DNA of 63,508 nt, counting the filler, from Bigelowiella natans CCMP2755 (taxonomy: Eukaryota; Protista; Cercozoa): the NCBI GenBank assembly GCA_000320545.1. It is 3 parts of 3 records of this genome, joined end to end, with 100 filler letters (N's around TTAATTAATTAA, not from the genome) between each part and the next. Parts side by side here need not be neighbours in the genome. Positions count along the whole stretch, not along the records: positions 1 to 23,855 come from ADNK01000055.1; 2 more parts are not named here. One strand, 5' to 3'. Of the stretch, positions 1 through 13,562 are shown piece by piece (position 1 is the first letter of the stretch; each line of letters begins with the position of its first letter). A program made the translations under genes and the position numbers. Under the pieces are notes generated by a model, which worked only from the letters and a program-made list of their open reading frames with translations, searched no databases and was not told where the DNA came from.

Positions 1-38
<38 letters not shown>

Positions 39-1140
39 GAGAGAGAGATGCTCAACACACACACACACACAGAGAGAGAGATGTATACATTTACATCATC
101 ATGCATACTCCTGTGCTATCTCCTTCTATTACCCCCCTGGCGAGGTGAGCACTCTCTTCCTAGCTGCTGCGAAGTTCTGAAACTGTTGTTACGACAACGA
201 CAACGACGATTCCAAGCATATATGCACCGTGGTTAGTCGATGGCCACTATATTTAACTTCGGGCAGAGACCAAGAACAACAACAAGAACAAGAACAACAA
301 GAAGAAGGAGAAACACACACATGCACACGCTCACATAGACCTACTACCTGATAGATATGCCCGTACTCAACCGGCAGCATCTGTCTGTTGTCCCACTCCG
401 ATTTTCTAAAGCTGAGAGAGAGAGGTGGGGGGAGAGAGAGAGAGAGAAGAAAGGAGAAAGGAGAAGACACATCGGTTGTTAATGTAACATAGTTAGAGGC
501 AAAAGTCACATATTTATCCTGGTGTATAATAAGAAATGCTGCAGAAAGCAATTTTCACCTTCTAAGTCCTCGATATTTGGCATAGCGCGTCTTTGCAACT
601 GATACGATACAGAGTACTCTTTGTTTCTTGGAACAGCACGTGTACTTGCGTGTGTGTGCGTGTGTGTGTGTATAAAAATAGAAGCACAACAACAACAACA
701 ACAACAACAATAACAATAACAACTACTACTACTACCAGTATCAGGATGTAGCTCAACTTCGTCAGGGAACTCCGTCTCCTCCTACAAGTAGTAGCAGTAG
801 TAGCAGTGGTAAAAGTTGTGTTCGTTAATACATATTGTAGTGTGAGTAAGGCAACCAAATCACGCACTCAAAGCCTAATATAATAATGGTGATACTACTA
901 CTAGTTATACACACCTTTTCTAAGTTTTGAAGATCCTCAAGCGTTTGTTCCTTGGCCTGCATGGAGATGTGATATGTCGCTTAGATTTACTCTAAATCTC
1001 CACGTATGTGAATTACGATTTGTTTCTGTCTTCCTTCGTCTATTTGTCATTTGTTTCTTGCCGATTGACGCCACCAACCTCCTTCTCAGCATTCATTGTA
1101 GCTCGAAGCTTTGCTCTGTGAGTAGCAGTAGTAGTAGTGA

Positions 1141-1171
<31 letters not shown>

Positions 1172-1478
1172 TGCAGTAGTAGGAGCAGCGAAGAAGTAGG
1201 TCAAAATCAGTATTTTTTCCATATACACCAAAAAACACACACACACACACACACACGCACGCACGCAATTAGACGGAATGTGTGATGATTAGTGTACTGA
1301 CAGTGTCGCGTCTTCTTGATCTTCCGCGTGTTTCAAGTCTCTTTCTAAGCGAGCTCCAGTGTGTAGGTCATCCATCGTCATCGTCGATTCAGCACCGCCC
1401 TTACCCTTTCTCCCCGCACCTACGCATCATATGCATACGATTACAACTAACCCATACTTCTATAATTTACGTGTATTT

Positions 1479-1512
<34 letters not shown>

Positions 1513-1794
1513 GTAGACATATGTGCTATTTTGTAGATGTATGTGCTATTTTGCAAGATCTCATCGTGTCCCCCCTCCTCCACCTCCACCTCCTCCTTCG
1601 GCTACTAGTCATAGATGTGACAGCAGTATTACTGTCGCGAATTCTTTGGAGGGGATCTTCGTTATCGTCGTCCTGTAATAACGCAGCAACAACAAAAACA
1701 ACAACAACAACAACAAATGTTTCGAATAAGAAGAAGAAGAAAGAAGAAGAAGAAGAAAAAATGACATGCAACTATCGATGTGGTGCGCGCGCGC

Positions 1795-1827
<33 letters not shown>

Positions 1828-2286
1828 GTGCTAATTTATTGCAGCGAGCAAGCGACCTCATCGTCTGATACGATTGAGCGCCATACATCCTCGATCACCC
1901 CGTCCTTTCGAGAATTCAAACAGTTATTTCTTTCATTTATGCTAATATCTACACTTATATACGCTCATTTTTAATGTATTTAAACTGTGTTTGTTTATAA
2001 CAACAACAACAACTTCTAAACATTATGTGAATATGATATTGAAAATGAAGCCTCTTCTTTTTCCCTTTCTTCTCCTTCTTCTCCTTCTTTGTTGTTGTGT
2101 GTTATTCAATCATCAACCATGCCTTCTGGAACAGTTGCCTGCCCCGCATTATCGTCTTCTTCATTCGCTTTAAGCTCCTCCTCTGCATGAAGCCACATCG
2201 AAGATGACGGAATGAAAGAAAAAGAAGAAAAAGAACGAAATATTGTGCAAAATCAACCTATATGCTGGACAATCGAGATAGAAAAA

Positions 2287-2327
<41 letters not shown>

Positions 2328-2550
2328 TGTGTGTGTGTGTCGTATATTCCATCTGATCGACATGATGGCGAGGAGCACCTGTGATGATGTTTTCCTGTGC
2401 ACTGTTGATGGGATTGAGCGAGACCAAAGCTGGAGAGATTTAAGGAGAGAGAAAGAAGAAGAAGAAGAAGAAGAGAAAGAAATTAGGGTAATTACCATAC
2501 TCTACTGCCAACGGCATGATGGCGCTCCGAAAGAGTAACAATCATTATCA

Positions 2551-2582
<32 letters not shown>

Positions 2583-2844
2583 CCATCATCATTTTAGGCA
2601 TTTGAGAGCAGCATCATCGTCATCATCGTGATCGTCGTATTCACACGATGAGAGGGCTTTTTTCTTTACAAATCGAGTGAGATAATATGTTTATGTATTA
2701 CTACGGCAGTAATTATTGTGCTTGTTTGTTGTGTAAGACTTGTATTATTATTACGTTCTCTTTCCTCAGCTGTCGAGCTAGATGCTATCACCGCCCCTTC
2801 CGCTGCCATAAATATATCAACACTCACAATCACCGCAATCATCG

Positions 2845-2880
<36 letters not shown>

Positions 2881-3916
2881 GTCAAGTGATGCTATATCAG
2901 GGCGTGTGGTTGGAATGAAGCTGTGTGTCATCGAAACGTAACCAAGCGTTACAAACATATTCATTCTGAGAGCCATACTACTACTACTGCTGCTGCTGCT
3001 ACTGCTGCTACTACTCTTCTGGTCCTCCTTCTCATTCTCAATATCCACCACCTCCATCGATCCTAAAAGATAGACGACGTATGTGGTCAAGAGCATCGTT
3101 CAATTTCACATATTCATACTGGAATATTCTTCAGTAGTAGCTGCTGCTACATGGTAGAGCCGAATAACGATGCACACACATGGTGTAGAAGTAGCAGTAG
3201 TGATACAAGCATAACAAGAAAAACTGACCCTCTGCTGCTGCTGGTGCTGCTGTATTTTTTTTCCCTTTGGCCTTTGCTATCTTCTTCTTTCTATGTGCAT
3301 CCTCACTACATACCATTTCACGGGTATATGAATGCGGAATGGGGAGGAAGAGAGGTACTAGTGTAGTTGAGAATATATGTGTATGTGTATGTGTGTATGC
3401 AAGCGTGTGTCAAAATAATTCACGCAAGGGTGATATGGACACCTTCTCACGATGCTATGAAACACCAACGTTTCACTAACAAAACGATGCTAACACACCA
3501 CCTCCTCTACACTACAAACCTTGGGATGTTTATGATCTTTGCAATCTGGAAATCAAAGAAGAGGGTGTCAAGGGATATTAATGTTGGTTTTGATTGACAG
3601 TATGTATTTATTTCAATCGTGTTAGAGCGAGCAGCAGCAGTAGTAGTAGTAGTAATTGTATGCTGCTGCCTTGGGGAACTATTCTGTGATGAGGAAGTTG
3701 TGCGGCTGCTCGTCCTCCTCCTTCTCCTCTCTACTACCTACTACCTACTACCTACTATCTACTATCTACTACCAACTCCTTCTTACCTGGAAATCGTCGT
3801 AACCCGTTATGTGTACCAGCTGGCGAGCGGAGAGGCCTCTGATAACACACACACAAACACATACACACAAAGCGGATTTCGACTTAAAAATATAATGATG
3901 GAACGAATGTAAGTAG

Positions 3917-3957
<41 letters not shown>

Positions 3958-4463
3958 TAGCTGAGCGTAACTACCGTTTTCCACGTAAAAACCTGAGACT
4001 CTCAGAGTTCCCAGCTGCTGATTGTTGTTGTTTGGAACAAAGGCAAGCGACTCCGCAATCAAATATGGACGAGGAGATCGCCATGTAATCTCTGAAAGCT
4101 GGACAAAGAAAAAATGGGGGGGGGGGGATATTAGCAAAGAGGTGGAGCATCGGCAGTTAATTTGACAATATCTGCCAAAAATTTGGGATGATATATGCAT
4201 AATACGATAGAGTCTAGAAGTGGTGACATGTTTATTGATACGCGTGTTTGACGTGCCACTTGCGATGAAGGATACGACAAAGACTTTCCTCCTCCTCCTC
4301 CTCCTCATCATCATCATCATCATCACCATTATCATAACCATCTGACCTTGATAGTCGCTGCATGCCTCAGAAGAGCTTCCATTTGCTTAGAGGAGTTGAG
4401 AGTAACAACGCGAGGGCTGTCGAATACGCTCGTGAACCACCTAAAAGATAGAGGAATACATAA

Positions 4464-4500
<37 letters not shown>

Positions 4501-4690
4501 CTTGTCAAATATGAAGAAATGCATGATATAAGTGAGGTCGTTCTGTTCTCAACATATCCTCGTTGTAATGTTGAGGTCGTTCTGTTCTCAACATGCTGAG
4601 GTCGTTCTGTTCTCAACATACCGCTTGCAGAGTTTCAACCCAGCATTGACGGCCTTGGTCTTCTTTCGGCTTTTCTCCTCATCTTCATAA

Positions 4691-4757
<67 letters not shown>

Positions 4758-4881
4758 ATAATGTACAATCAGCAAAAAATGGGCTTCGAGAACACATGCT
4801 AGAGTGTGCTTGCATGTGCTGTATATTGTTTTTTGCGCAGAGAAAACACGCCGTTTTCATCGAAGGGCATTGTCGATTGAG

Positions 4882-4916
<35 letters not shown>

Positions 4917-5230
4917 CGCGGATGACAACGGTAGGTAGCATCCACAGGATGATAACTTGGGAGAAGACACACCGATCGTGATGGCGCCGATGATTGAGGG
5001 AAGGGCCTGCGACTTCATTAACGTCACTAAATGGTCGCCATAGCTGCGATTCATATGTATATATTAATAAGTATTGCACTATGATGATGATTGATGAGTA
5101 TGCCACAGTACCAATACTACCTATCGACGTCAAATCCCTCAGCGCCAGCACAGCTTACCACAGGGACTATCACATCGGCGGCCTTTGAACAGGAGAAAAG
5201 GAGAAACCCCGAGTAGAATACATCGAAATC

Positions 5231-5267
<37 letters not shown>

Positions 5268-6488
5268 CTAACTTACGTACCCTCTCTCTCTCTCTGTCTC
5301 TCTCTCCCGGTCTCAATAACCCTTGCAAGTCCAAACAAAGAAAGTACCTTGGCAGCATCTAGTACAGAAATTGCCTCCCGCGCAGGATCGTACACAATGA
5401 AGTCAAATTCACGCCCATCAATCTTTATGCGTATCTTATACTGCCTTTTCTGTGGTTGATCGAGGCAAAGCGTGTGAGCATGTGTGTGTGAGTGTGTTGA
5501 GATAGAGAGGGAGAAAGCGGGGGAGGGAAATTTTGCATCTTCCTCATCTTTCATTATAAGACTTCGCTTCCTCTACCTGTTCATTGAACCATGAAACCTT
5601 CTCTGCTCGACGAAGTATTTCCTGCAGAATCGCGTCAAACCCACACACGCACAAACCATATACGAGGAACATTACGCACAATTCACTGTAATATTTAAAA
5701 TAAGTAATGCAATTTCGCTTCCTATGTCTGTAAAGCAGGCTACTACTACCTCTCGGATTGCCTTTACATTAGCGCTCTTTGATATAGGGAGAAATGCAAT
5801 GACTCTTGGAGGACATCCGCGCCCACCAATGCGTTTCACACGCATAATCTCATTCCGTCTGAGTTTAGATTTTAATATTGTTGATACCTTACCTCGTTGA
5901 AGAATACTATTCTATATCATTAAAAACTTATTTCCTTCACACCTTTCTTTCTGCATTTGTCTGGAAATGTTCCTCAGCTTCTGCTTACGGCTCCCAGCAT
6001 CCTGTGAGCAACGTTAAAGCGCTTGGTTTAGGGGGTGTTTCTGTGTTACGACTAGCGCATCGTAAATCGACAGACAAGAATAGCGCACGTACTCGAAGAT
6101 TCCTAGCCTTGACTCCGCCTCGTTCATCGTCGTCAACCTTGCCCTTGTTTTGGCGCTTCAGTTTTCCTTTCGATTTACCCTGACAGGTGGGGTTGTTTGG
6201 GGTTATTTGGGGTTATTTCGAATTATGAAAATCACTGATATTCTCAGAAATGCGTGTCAAACAAAAGTTGCTTATTGAATGACATGGATCCCTATGCAAC
6301 ATGCATCTTTGCTCTACAATGCCCATACACCTCAGGAATCAACTTCCCGAACCTATCGAAATTTGCATTCGAACATGTTCACCCAATCCCCCCCCTATCT
6401 CATATCAAAAAGGTGCAGTACATATACGACGGAGCACCTTAAATCGTTTCTGCTTCCCAAACAGGGAACGATGATGGAAGGAGGACAT
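1..6488 (-). CDS. TSR1: Pre-rRNA-processing protein TSR1, multi-exon, 3' end runs off the window start
   Basis: Spliced exons read MSSFHHRSLFGKQKRFK (ATG 6488) / GKSKGKLKRQNKGKV / RRNEIMRVKRIGGRGCPPRVIAFLPIS / FDFIVYDPAREAISVLDAAK and, near 800-150, EETEFPDEVELHPDT / AKTRYAKYRGLRSFRKSEWDNRQMLPVEYGHIYQ / FQNFAAARKRVL. These match the TSR1 hallmarks GPP..V..VP, LDxAKVAD and FPDE...RFQKYRGLKSFRTSxWD..NLP.DY.RIFQF. Confidence 0.93.
4533..4620. repeat. Three intronic copies of ~23-bp TGAGGTCGTTCTGTTCTCAACAT
   Basis: Copies start at about 4533, 4572 and 4597, beside a TSR1 exon boundary. Confidence 0.9.
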
Positions 6489-6949
6489 GCCAGTGCCCGA
6501 CTCTCCAAGGGAACGTGGGAAGGGAGGGGGGCTGGCGAATCGACGATTCTGGTTTCTGTCAGATCAATGCATCGAGAATATGTACTGAATATTTCGTCAA
6601 TTTGACGACACACATCCGATTTTCATTGTCTTAAGTCTGAAACATACCTCGATTCTCCTATTCGCTTGTACAGCCGCAGTGGCAATGGGCTGACGATGCG
6701 GAAATTTCTTCCGAATGTACGACGTGCCACAAAGATTGTCGCAGGCTCTGAATCGCCCAGGAATACCTGAGAATAGGATCCTCGGAGAGTTCGCGTTTAT
6801 GAGCGGGCAGGATTTCTCCGATTATTGTCAAGAGCGACGAAATCATTGTTGCGAATGTTGTTGTTTGTCATCGCATCATTATTTGTTATTTGTTATGAAA
6901 TTATGCACTGGTTATTTTACCAGATTATTTCTTATGTCTTAAATTGCTG

Positions 6950-6964
6950 ACAGTGAGTCACTGT
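6950..6964. promoter_or_regulatory. Palindrome ACAGTGA-G-TCACTGT containing an AP-1/GCN4-type TGAGTCA site in a divergent promoter
   Basis: Perfect 7-bp inverted repeat around a central G, with TGACAG/CTGTCA copies at 6948, 6964 and 6993. Function is inferred. Confidence 0.35.
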
Positions 6965-7251
6965 GACAGAGTACGACAACGGAAAGAAGAAACTGTCAGA
7001 GTATTTCAGCAAAAGGAAGTTTTTCCAAAGGAACGTTTCCGAACAACCAGATCAATTTTATGAATTTGTTAGTTTTGATGCATGTCGTAGGATGGGAATC
7101 CGTTAATTTTACAGATTGTCATATTTGTACTACATTGAAGATAATCTTGATATAAAAACTTTACAATGGGGAACCACCTATGAAGTGCTCATCGTTCTGA
7201 ACTCATACAGTCATCGGACCCTAAAAATCGTCTCTAGGGTTCTGAGACAGG

Positions 7252-8146
7252 ATGAATAAGCGCACCGGTTTATTCCTCCCCGATGCGCGGAACATCGGAG
7301 GGCGATCAATGCAGATGGAAAATAAATTCGTTCATAAGTTCCGACTCAATAAGGTTAAGTCTGTGCTTACCGTACCTACTGTGAGCGAATATGAGCCCAG
7401 GTTGTATAGGCGGCCGAAAAGGCCACAGACAGCACGTAGAAAGGTATATCAAATTAAAGAACATTACGTTACTTTCTTTCAGTATCGACTCGCTCTTTGC
7501 TTACTCTCCCATCACTATTGCAGCACACCGAGCATAAGAAAAAGGGATCTCCCTACTGTTTAGATGAGCGCGAGCTTATGATCCTTGACAGCTACCATGC
7601 CAACCGACACAGGCACAACGAGTAATTCAAATGGGGACTGTGTAGAGCGACGGTGGAGGGGATGTGTGGGGTTTATGTAGATATCCACGTCAAATTCAGA
7701 TAATGGATGAAATAGCACTTTGCATGGTACAAATAACATTATACCTGACCAAATATACCAAATACACGAATCAGACGTATTAAGGCAATGGAGACTCGTA
7801 TGGACCGCGGCCTTCCACTATACCATTCCCCCGTATTTGGTAAGCAGAAGCGAAAAGGCAAGACAAGGAAGAAGTATTTAGGAGAAAGACGGAGAAAACA
7901 GCAGCAGAACGGTCTTCGCAAGTCAGATAGTTCGTTGAGTTTCCTACCAACAAAGACGGCGAACAGCCTGAGAGAACAATTAAATATCAAGCCACGTCAG
8001 TCGAGGGCCCGGAACTCTGGCTTAAGTATGATGTGGAGGAGGAAATATTAGGATGATGACAATAATGTTGATTCGATATTGATTTTTTTGCGATTTATTA
8101 CTACATTGGTTATTATTGTATTATATTGATACACACACACACACAC

Positions 8147-8197
<51 letters not shown>

Positions 8198-9443
8198 TTT
8201 CTATTAGAGAGGACGTAACACATTTTATTTATGACCATAACAGCAGCAATGATACTTAAAAGTGACACAACAATTACAGGTAAGAGCTTGGGTGTATTGA
8301 AGAATGCTGTGGAAGAGCTAGTGAATACTCCGCATCGGGTTGAGGCGACGTCGTCGTCGCAGACATCAAGGGCTCCGACAGCTGCTCGGGGCACAGGTAT
8401 GGCGAAAAAGTGTGCGTCTACCAGGGACGGCAAAAGTAGCGACAAGAAACTGCGGCCGAACAGCAGTAGAGGCAGACTTCGATCCTTGGGTGAGTGAATA
8501 GATTATTTTCCTTATATGCAAATTTTCATTTTCTGTTTTGAAATACCTTCCCCGTAGTGCTACTTTTTTATTTATCATCATCATCATCATCAGAATCTCA
8601 TCTTCATTTATATGTCATACATATGTGGGAGTAGCGGCGAGCAAAAAGCGTCAGACAGCCACAGGAGCGGTTGAGGCGAAAAAGGAGGGACGGAGAAAGA
8701 AGATCATCACCAGGAGCGTCCTCGGTAGGAAGAAGAAAACAAAGAATCAGAGCCTCTCATCTGTTGCTGCTGTAGCTACCAAGACTTTAATTCCGAGTGC
8801 CCTAGCAGCATCTCTAAGATCTCCTAAATCTCGAACGAAGACAAGCGAGCAAGGAGGAGGAGGAGGAGGAGGAGAAGGAGGAGGAGATATGCGAGGGGAG
8901 GACGACGGAAAGCAAATGAAAACTCTAGCAGCCGAGACGGGAATCAAAGATTCTAAATCTCAAACGTCACCACAGCAAAGTGGCGATGATTTTCTATCTG
9001 ACAGCAGTTGTAACTTCCCTCCAGAACCAGAGTATCTCCTCGAGTCCAGCGTTGACTCCGTGAGCATGCCATGGGGCGGGGCAACAGGACCGGCTCCTTC
9101 AGCCACGAAAAAGACTTCTTCTTCCTCCTCGAAGGCAACCAGAAATGAGACAAAGAAGGAGACAAATGCGGTGGTGGAAGGTAAGGAGAAAAAGAGCATC
9201 AATACCAACGGTAGTGGTAGTAGCAGCACAGCTTGCACCAAGATAAGCAAAACAACGAAGACTAACGTGAAAGAAGTTGCAGTATCAGAAGCGGCAAATG
9301 GAGCTCAAAATTCTAGGAATAGTAACAATGGAAAGACCGGCAGCAGTAGTGGGGACAGTCATTTCGGTGAGAATGATGAAGATACTGGAAGAAAAGAAAA
9401 GAGTAGTACCGCTGATAGTAGTAGTAATAGTAATAGTAGCAGC

Positions 9444-9475
<32 letters not shown>

Positions 9476-9968
9476 GAAGAAGAAGAAGAAGAATATTAGA
9501 AGCAGCAATGATAGTACCAATAGGCCGGGAGAACTATCAACAAGTAGTGGCCCTGTGAGCACTATGGAAAAGGGAAGCGGTAGTTGTATCACGAAGGAAG
9601 AAGGGGAAAAGAGTGAAAAGAAGAAGAAGAAGAAGACAAAGGATAAGGAGGAGGAAAAGACAAAGAACTTACTAGCGAATTCTGATGTAAGTGAAAATGG
9701 AACATCGAACGAATCCGCAACAGAGCACAAAGAGAAAGAGAAGAGAGGGGACAATCTTCAGGGAAACCAGGAGGATACGAAGAAAATATCGGCTAAGACT
9801 GCAGGAGATGGTATTGGAGTAGCAGCACCAGGCAGTACCCACTCAGCGAGTGATCTTGGAGAGTATTCAAATGATAGTTTTGTGAAAGAGGAAGTGGGCC
9901 GAGCAGCGATAGAAACAGCATCTGCAGGTAAGGAAACCAAACCATCAGCAGCAACAGCAGCAACCTAA
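7252..9968 (+). CDS. Hypothetical multi-exon protein with basic N-terminus and long Lys/Ser/Glu low-complexity tail
   Basis: ORFs 7252-7563, 7788-8051, 8231-8497 and 8538-9968 are separated by intron-like tracts. No family was recognised. Confidence 0.6.
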
Positions 9969-10060
9969 GGATGAAGTGTTTCGGAACAGTGACACCGGGG
10001 GGAAAGAAAAATTGGGAACAACGAGTTTGATGATGATGGAGCTTGAGTTCTGGCGCTCCT

Positions 10061-10904
10061 CTAGATAGAGAGTAGCCAGATAAAGAATGTTTATTGCAAT
10101 TCATGAATTGCGAAATAACAACGCACGCAGATGTCTAGATGTGGCAACGCACAGTATTAGACTCGAACTGGAAGCAACGACTAGATGATGAGCCCCTGTC
10201 CTCGTCATCTAGTCATATCCCATCCGTCACATATCACTCAGCTGGTCAGGGTGGTATATATCTAAATGCTAGCTAGATTGTCGATCTATCGGTGGGTATC
10301 GTCGCGTAGCCTGTCTAGATGTCGAGATATCCTGAGTATGGTGCACTTTCCATCTGGACACCTCGCAGCAAGAAGCCTAGCTAGCCAGTACACAAAAATT
10401 TAAAACATGCTGAATCATGTAGATCTAGAGATGTACAAAACGCTAAACTAACAAAAGAAAATTATTCTAGTATTGTAGCAGGTCTGCTGCACGGCACTAG
10501 CTCTAGCTAGCTAGCTAGAGCTGGCTCGCAGGGCAGTCTAGCAGTATATATGGCGTCATGCATATATATCTAGATATGCTAGCTAGCTAGCATGCTGCTA
10601 GCATGGCGCACATATGGTCTATGTAAACTGTGCACGCTAGCACGTCTAGACGTTCAAGCTAGCAAGCTAGCCGGTTCTAGAGCCAGCCAGGCTTATTGCG
10701 ATACAACATGCTTATTGTGACATGCATTAGCGCTCTTATTTTACACACACACAATGATAGCTAGATGCTGGTAGTCCGCTCCTACGCTTTGTAGACGTAT
10801 ACTACACATACACATTGTGAACTACTCTAGTACTATCTGTGAAGGAACGCAGTCATTGTTCTCTCGTGCATACACGTACGATACAGCGACGCATTAAATT
10901 CTAG
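10061..10904. other. CTAG/GCTAGC-rich tract in convergent intergenic region 1
   Basis: About 30 CTAG counted by hand in ~845 bp, against ~3 expected at uniform base composition. Confidence 0.85.
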
Positions 10905-11367
10905 TATTTGCGGCACAACATACAACCGTATGATGGTGCTCATGGAAGCGGTGTGTGGCCATGCTTTTTCATAATAATGGCTCGACCACTTTTCAGCAAA
11001 TTCTATTCTTTGTGATCATGCAGTCATGATACATCTTTATATGATTTCCTATACAAAGTACTCCTACAACTTCAATCGCATTATTATCAAATACCCTTTA
11101 TTTCTCCACCTCATTCTCTTCATTGCAATTGATTTTTTTGTCGATCGTCAAATAAGCGATTGGAAGAACGCACGGGGGCTTCAGGGCTATCTACCCTACC
11201 TACGATACTGCTAGCGTTGTTGTGGTAATGAGTCTCAACTTAAACAGAAAGGGGGGGGTGGAGTGAAAGGGCTGGCTCGTAGATTGTATATCCGTCGGCC
11301 GCAAATATCCTATGATTTCTCTTGTTCGCTCTTTTTCTCCTCCTCCTCTTCCTCCAACACCAACCTC

Positions 11368-13530
11368 TCACACGTCATCAAGATAGTGTACATGATGCTC
11401 TGGATTACAGCGCAAACAGCGCTTTTCTCCATGCACCTGGCACGCCATACACTCGCAGACAAACTTGTCGTAGCTATTCATGCGGTTGCAGGACATGCAG
11501 AACCACCCAGCAGACTTATCGTCGGGCTTGTCCAGAATCGTCACGCACTCTCCTGTGAGATGCGATTTCATTTATTTATTGATGGATTTATTATGTGTGT
11601 TTGAAGCCAGTATTAGTGCTGCTGGTCGTGGTGGTGGTGTCATCATCTCATCATTATAACGAGAAGGAAGGATGAACAAATCAACTGACTCATGCACACT
11701 CTACACCGCCCACCCTTACAACCCGAAAAGTTCCCCTGCCCCCCCCCCTTTCACCTTCTTGCACGTCTTTTCGAAGCTTCTGTAAGAATGCGGAGACCAG
11801 TTTAGTCTGCTGATTGAGGTCTTTCATGTCCTTCTCAAATTCCTCCAGCGATCTCCTCTCCTATAGATGAAAGAGGCATGATGATGATGCTATATTGGCT
11901 AAAATGGGTGATAATGTTGTTAGACCAGGAAACAGCAAAGATAACACTTGAACTACCACATGCAATGAAGAAAAGCAACACAACTCATTTAACAACATAG
12001 GGAGAATGGATCACCCGAGTATTTGGCTGCAGCATGTTAAGGAGCTTTGTCGTTTTCTCTGCCATATCCTTGAGCTGAAACTCGAACAGGTGTTTCTTAT
12101 GATCCATCGCTGCGTAGAACGCCACGATGTACAGCCTTTTTTTGTCATCATTTGCCTGCCAATGGGGAGGGGGGAGGGGGGGGAGCAGAGAAACGAGGAG
12201 GGGAGGAGAGAGATAGAGAGGGGTGATTGAGGTGCTGGCCATTATAATGATGAAATATTCTTACAAGGATAAGCTTGCTGATGGCGTCAAAGAGAAACTT
12301 ATACTTCCCCACTTCTCCGCCATTCTTAAGCATTTCCGCTTCTAGACTTCGCTGAGGGGTGGGCAGGGTCAGAAGTGATATCCGCGTAAAACAACAACAA
12401 ACGAATGTAATATGATGGTGTGATGACAAGGGGTGGGGGTGATGGCGTAACGAACAACACCATTGTTTTCACTGAAAAAGCTTATTATGTTGGACCACCA
12501 ACCTGCAGAGTCTGAAGATCCTTCGTATCCTTGTCGCAGCAGCTGCGGAGGTGTTCTGCCCATTTGAAGGTGGCTGCTTCTTTCCGTACAGTCTCTACTT
12601 TTCGGTTCATTTCCTTCACATCCGACCGCAGTTTCCCCTCTTCATAAAGCCTGGATTGTTTGTCGTTGTTATTGTTGTTGTTGTTGTTGGGGGAGGAGGA
12701 GGGGGGGGAGGGGAGGGGAGGTGAGGGAGGGGTAGAGATTACGATGAATAGATAGCAACTGTTTTTCGTCAGAAGAAGAAGAAGATGCGATACATTCGTG
12801 CCGACTTAATCCTATTATATTTTACCAACTCCTTCTCCTCTTCCTCCTTTTTATTGCCACACACACACACACACATACACGCACGCTTACTTGCAATGAT
12901 AAAAGCTGTCGTGATTTTTGTTTGCTCCGCCTGGTCTGAACTCCTCGCGACAAGCCCAACACCAATGATACTTGCACTCGCTGCAGATCATATGCTGAAT
13001 AATGGATGATCGAGTGAGGAGATAGATAGATAGCGTGCATCATGATCAAGACAATCATGAAATACAACCAAAAAAGAAACACAAGAAAAATGTAGTTTAT
13101 ATATATATTTATATATATATATATATATACACAATGAGTAAATGAAGGATTCGATATTGCATGGCCTCTTTCCCCTTCCCCCCCTCCCCCCCTCTCTCTC
13201 TGTGTGTGCGTGATCACTTACCAAGCAGCGGTCCTTGTCATCGATCTCTCTTTTGATGATAATCCCACAGTTCTTGTTCGGGCAAGTTGCAGTATTCATC
13301 ACACGCCAGATCTCAGTCTGTTTAGTAGTAGTAGTAGTAGTAGTAGGAGGAGGAGGAGGAGGAGGAGGGAGGGGATTGATGATGATGATGATTCACTCAA
13401 CGCTAATAATCCATGAATATAACTAGAAAACGGCACAGGCTGCTTTGGGTTGATAATGATCCGTGTTATGCATCTGCTGCTACTACTGCTGTGCTGATCA
13501 TATATCTATCCCACACTCAATATGGGTGAG

Positions 13531-13562
<32 letters not shown>

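Noticed and set aside
4533-4620. CRISPR-like direct repeats
   Set aside because: Only three copies, with spacers of about 16 and 2 bp, inside a eukaryotic intron, and no cas genes.
4588-5151. Amino-acid-transporter-like reading of the 187-aa ORF
   Set aside because: It is a mix of TSR1 exon and intron sequence; flanking exons are clearly TSR1.
6189-6218. (GGGGTTRTTT)3 telomere-like/G4 repeat
   Set aside because: Three copies in TSR1 intron 1; too short to interpret.
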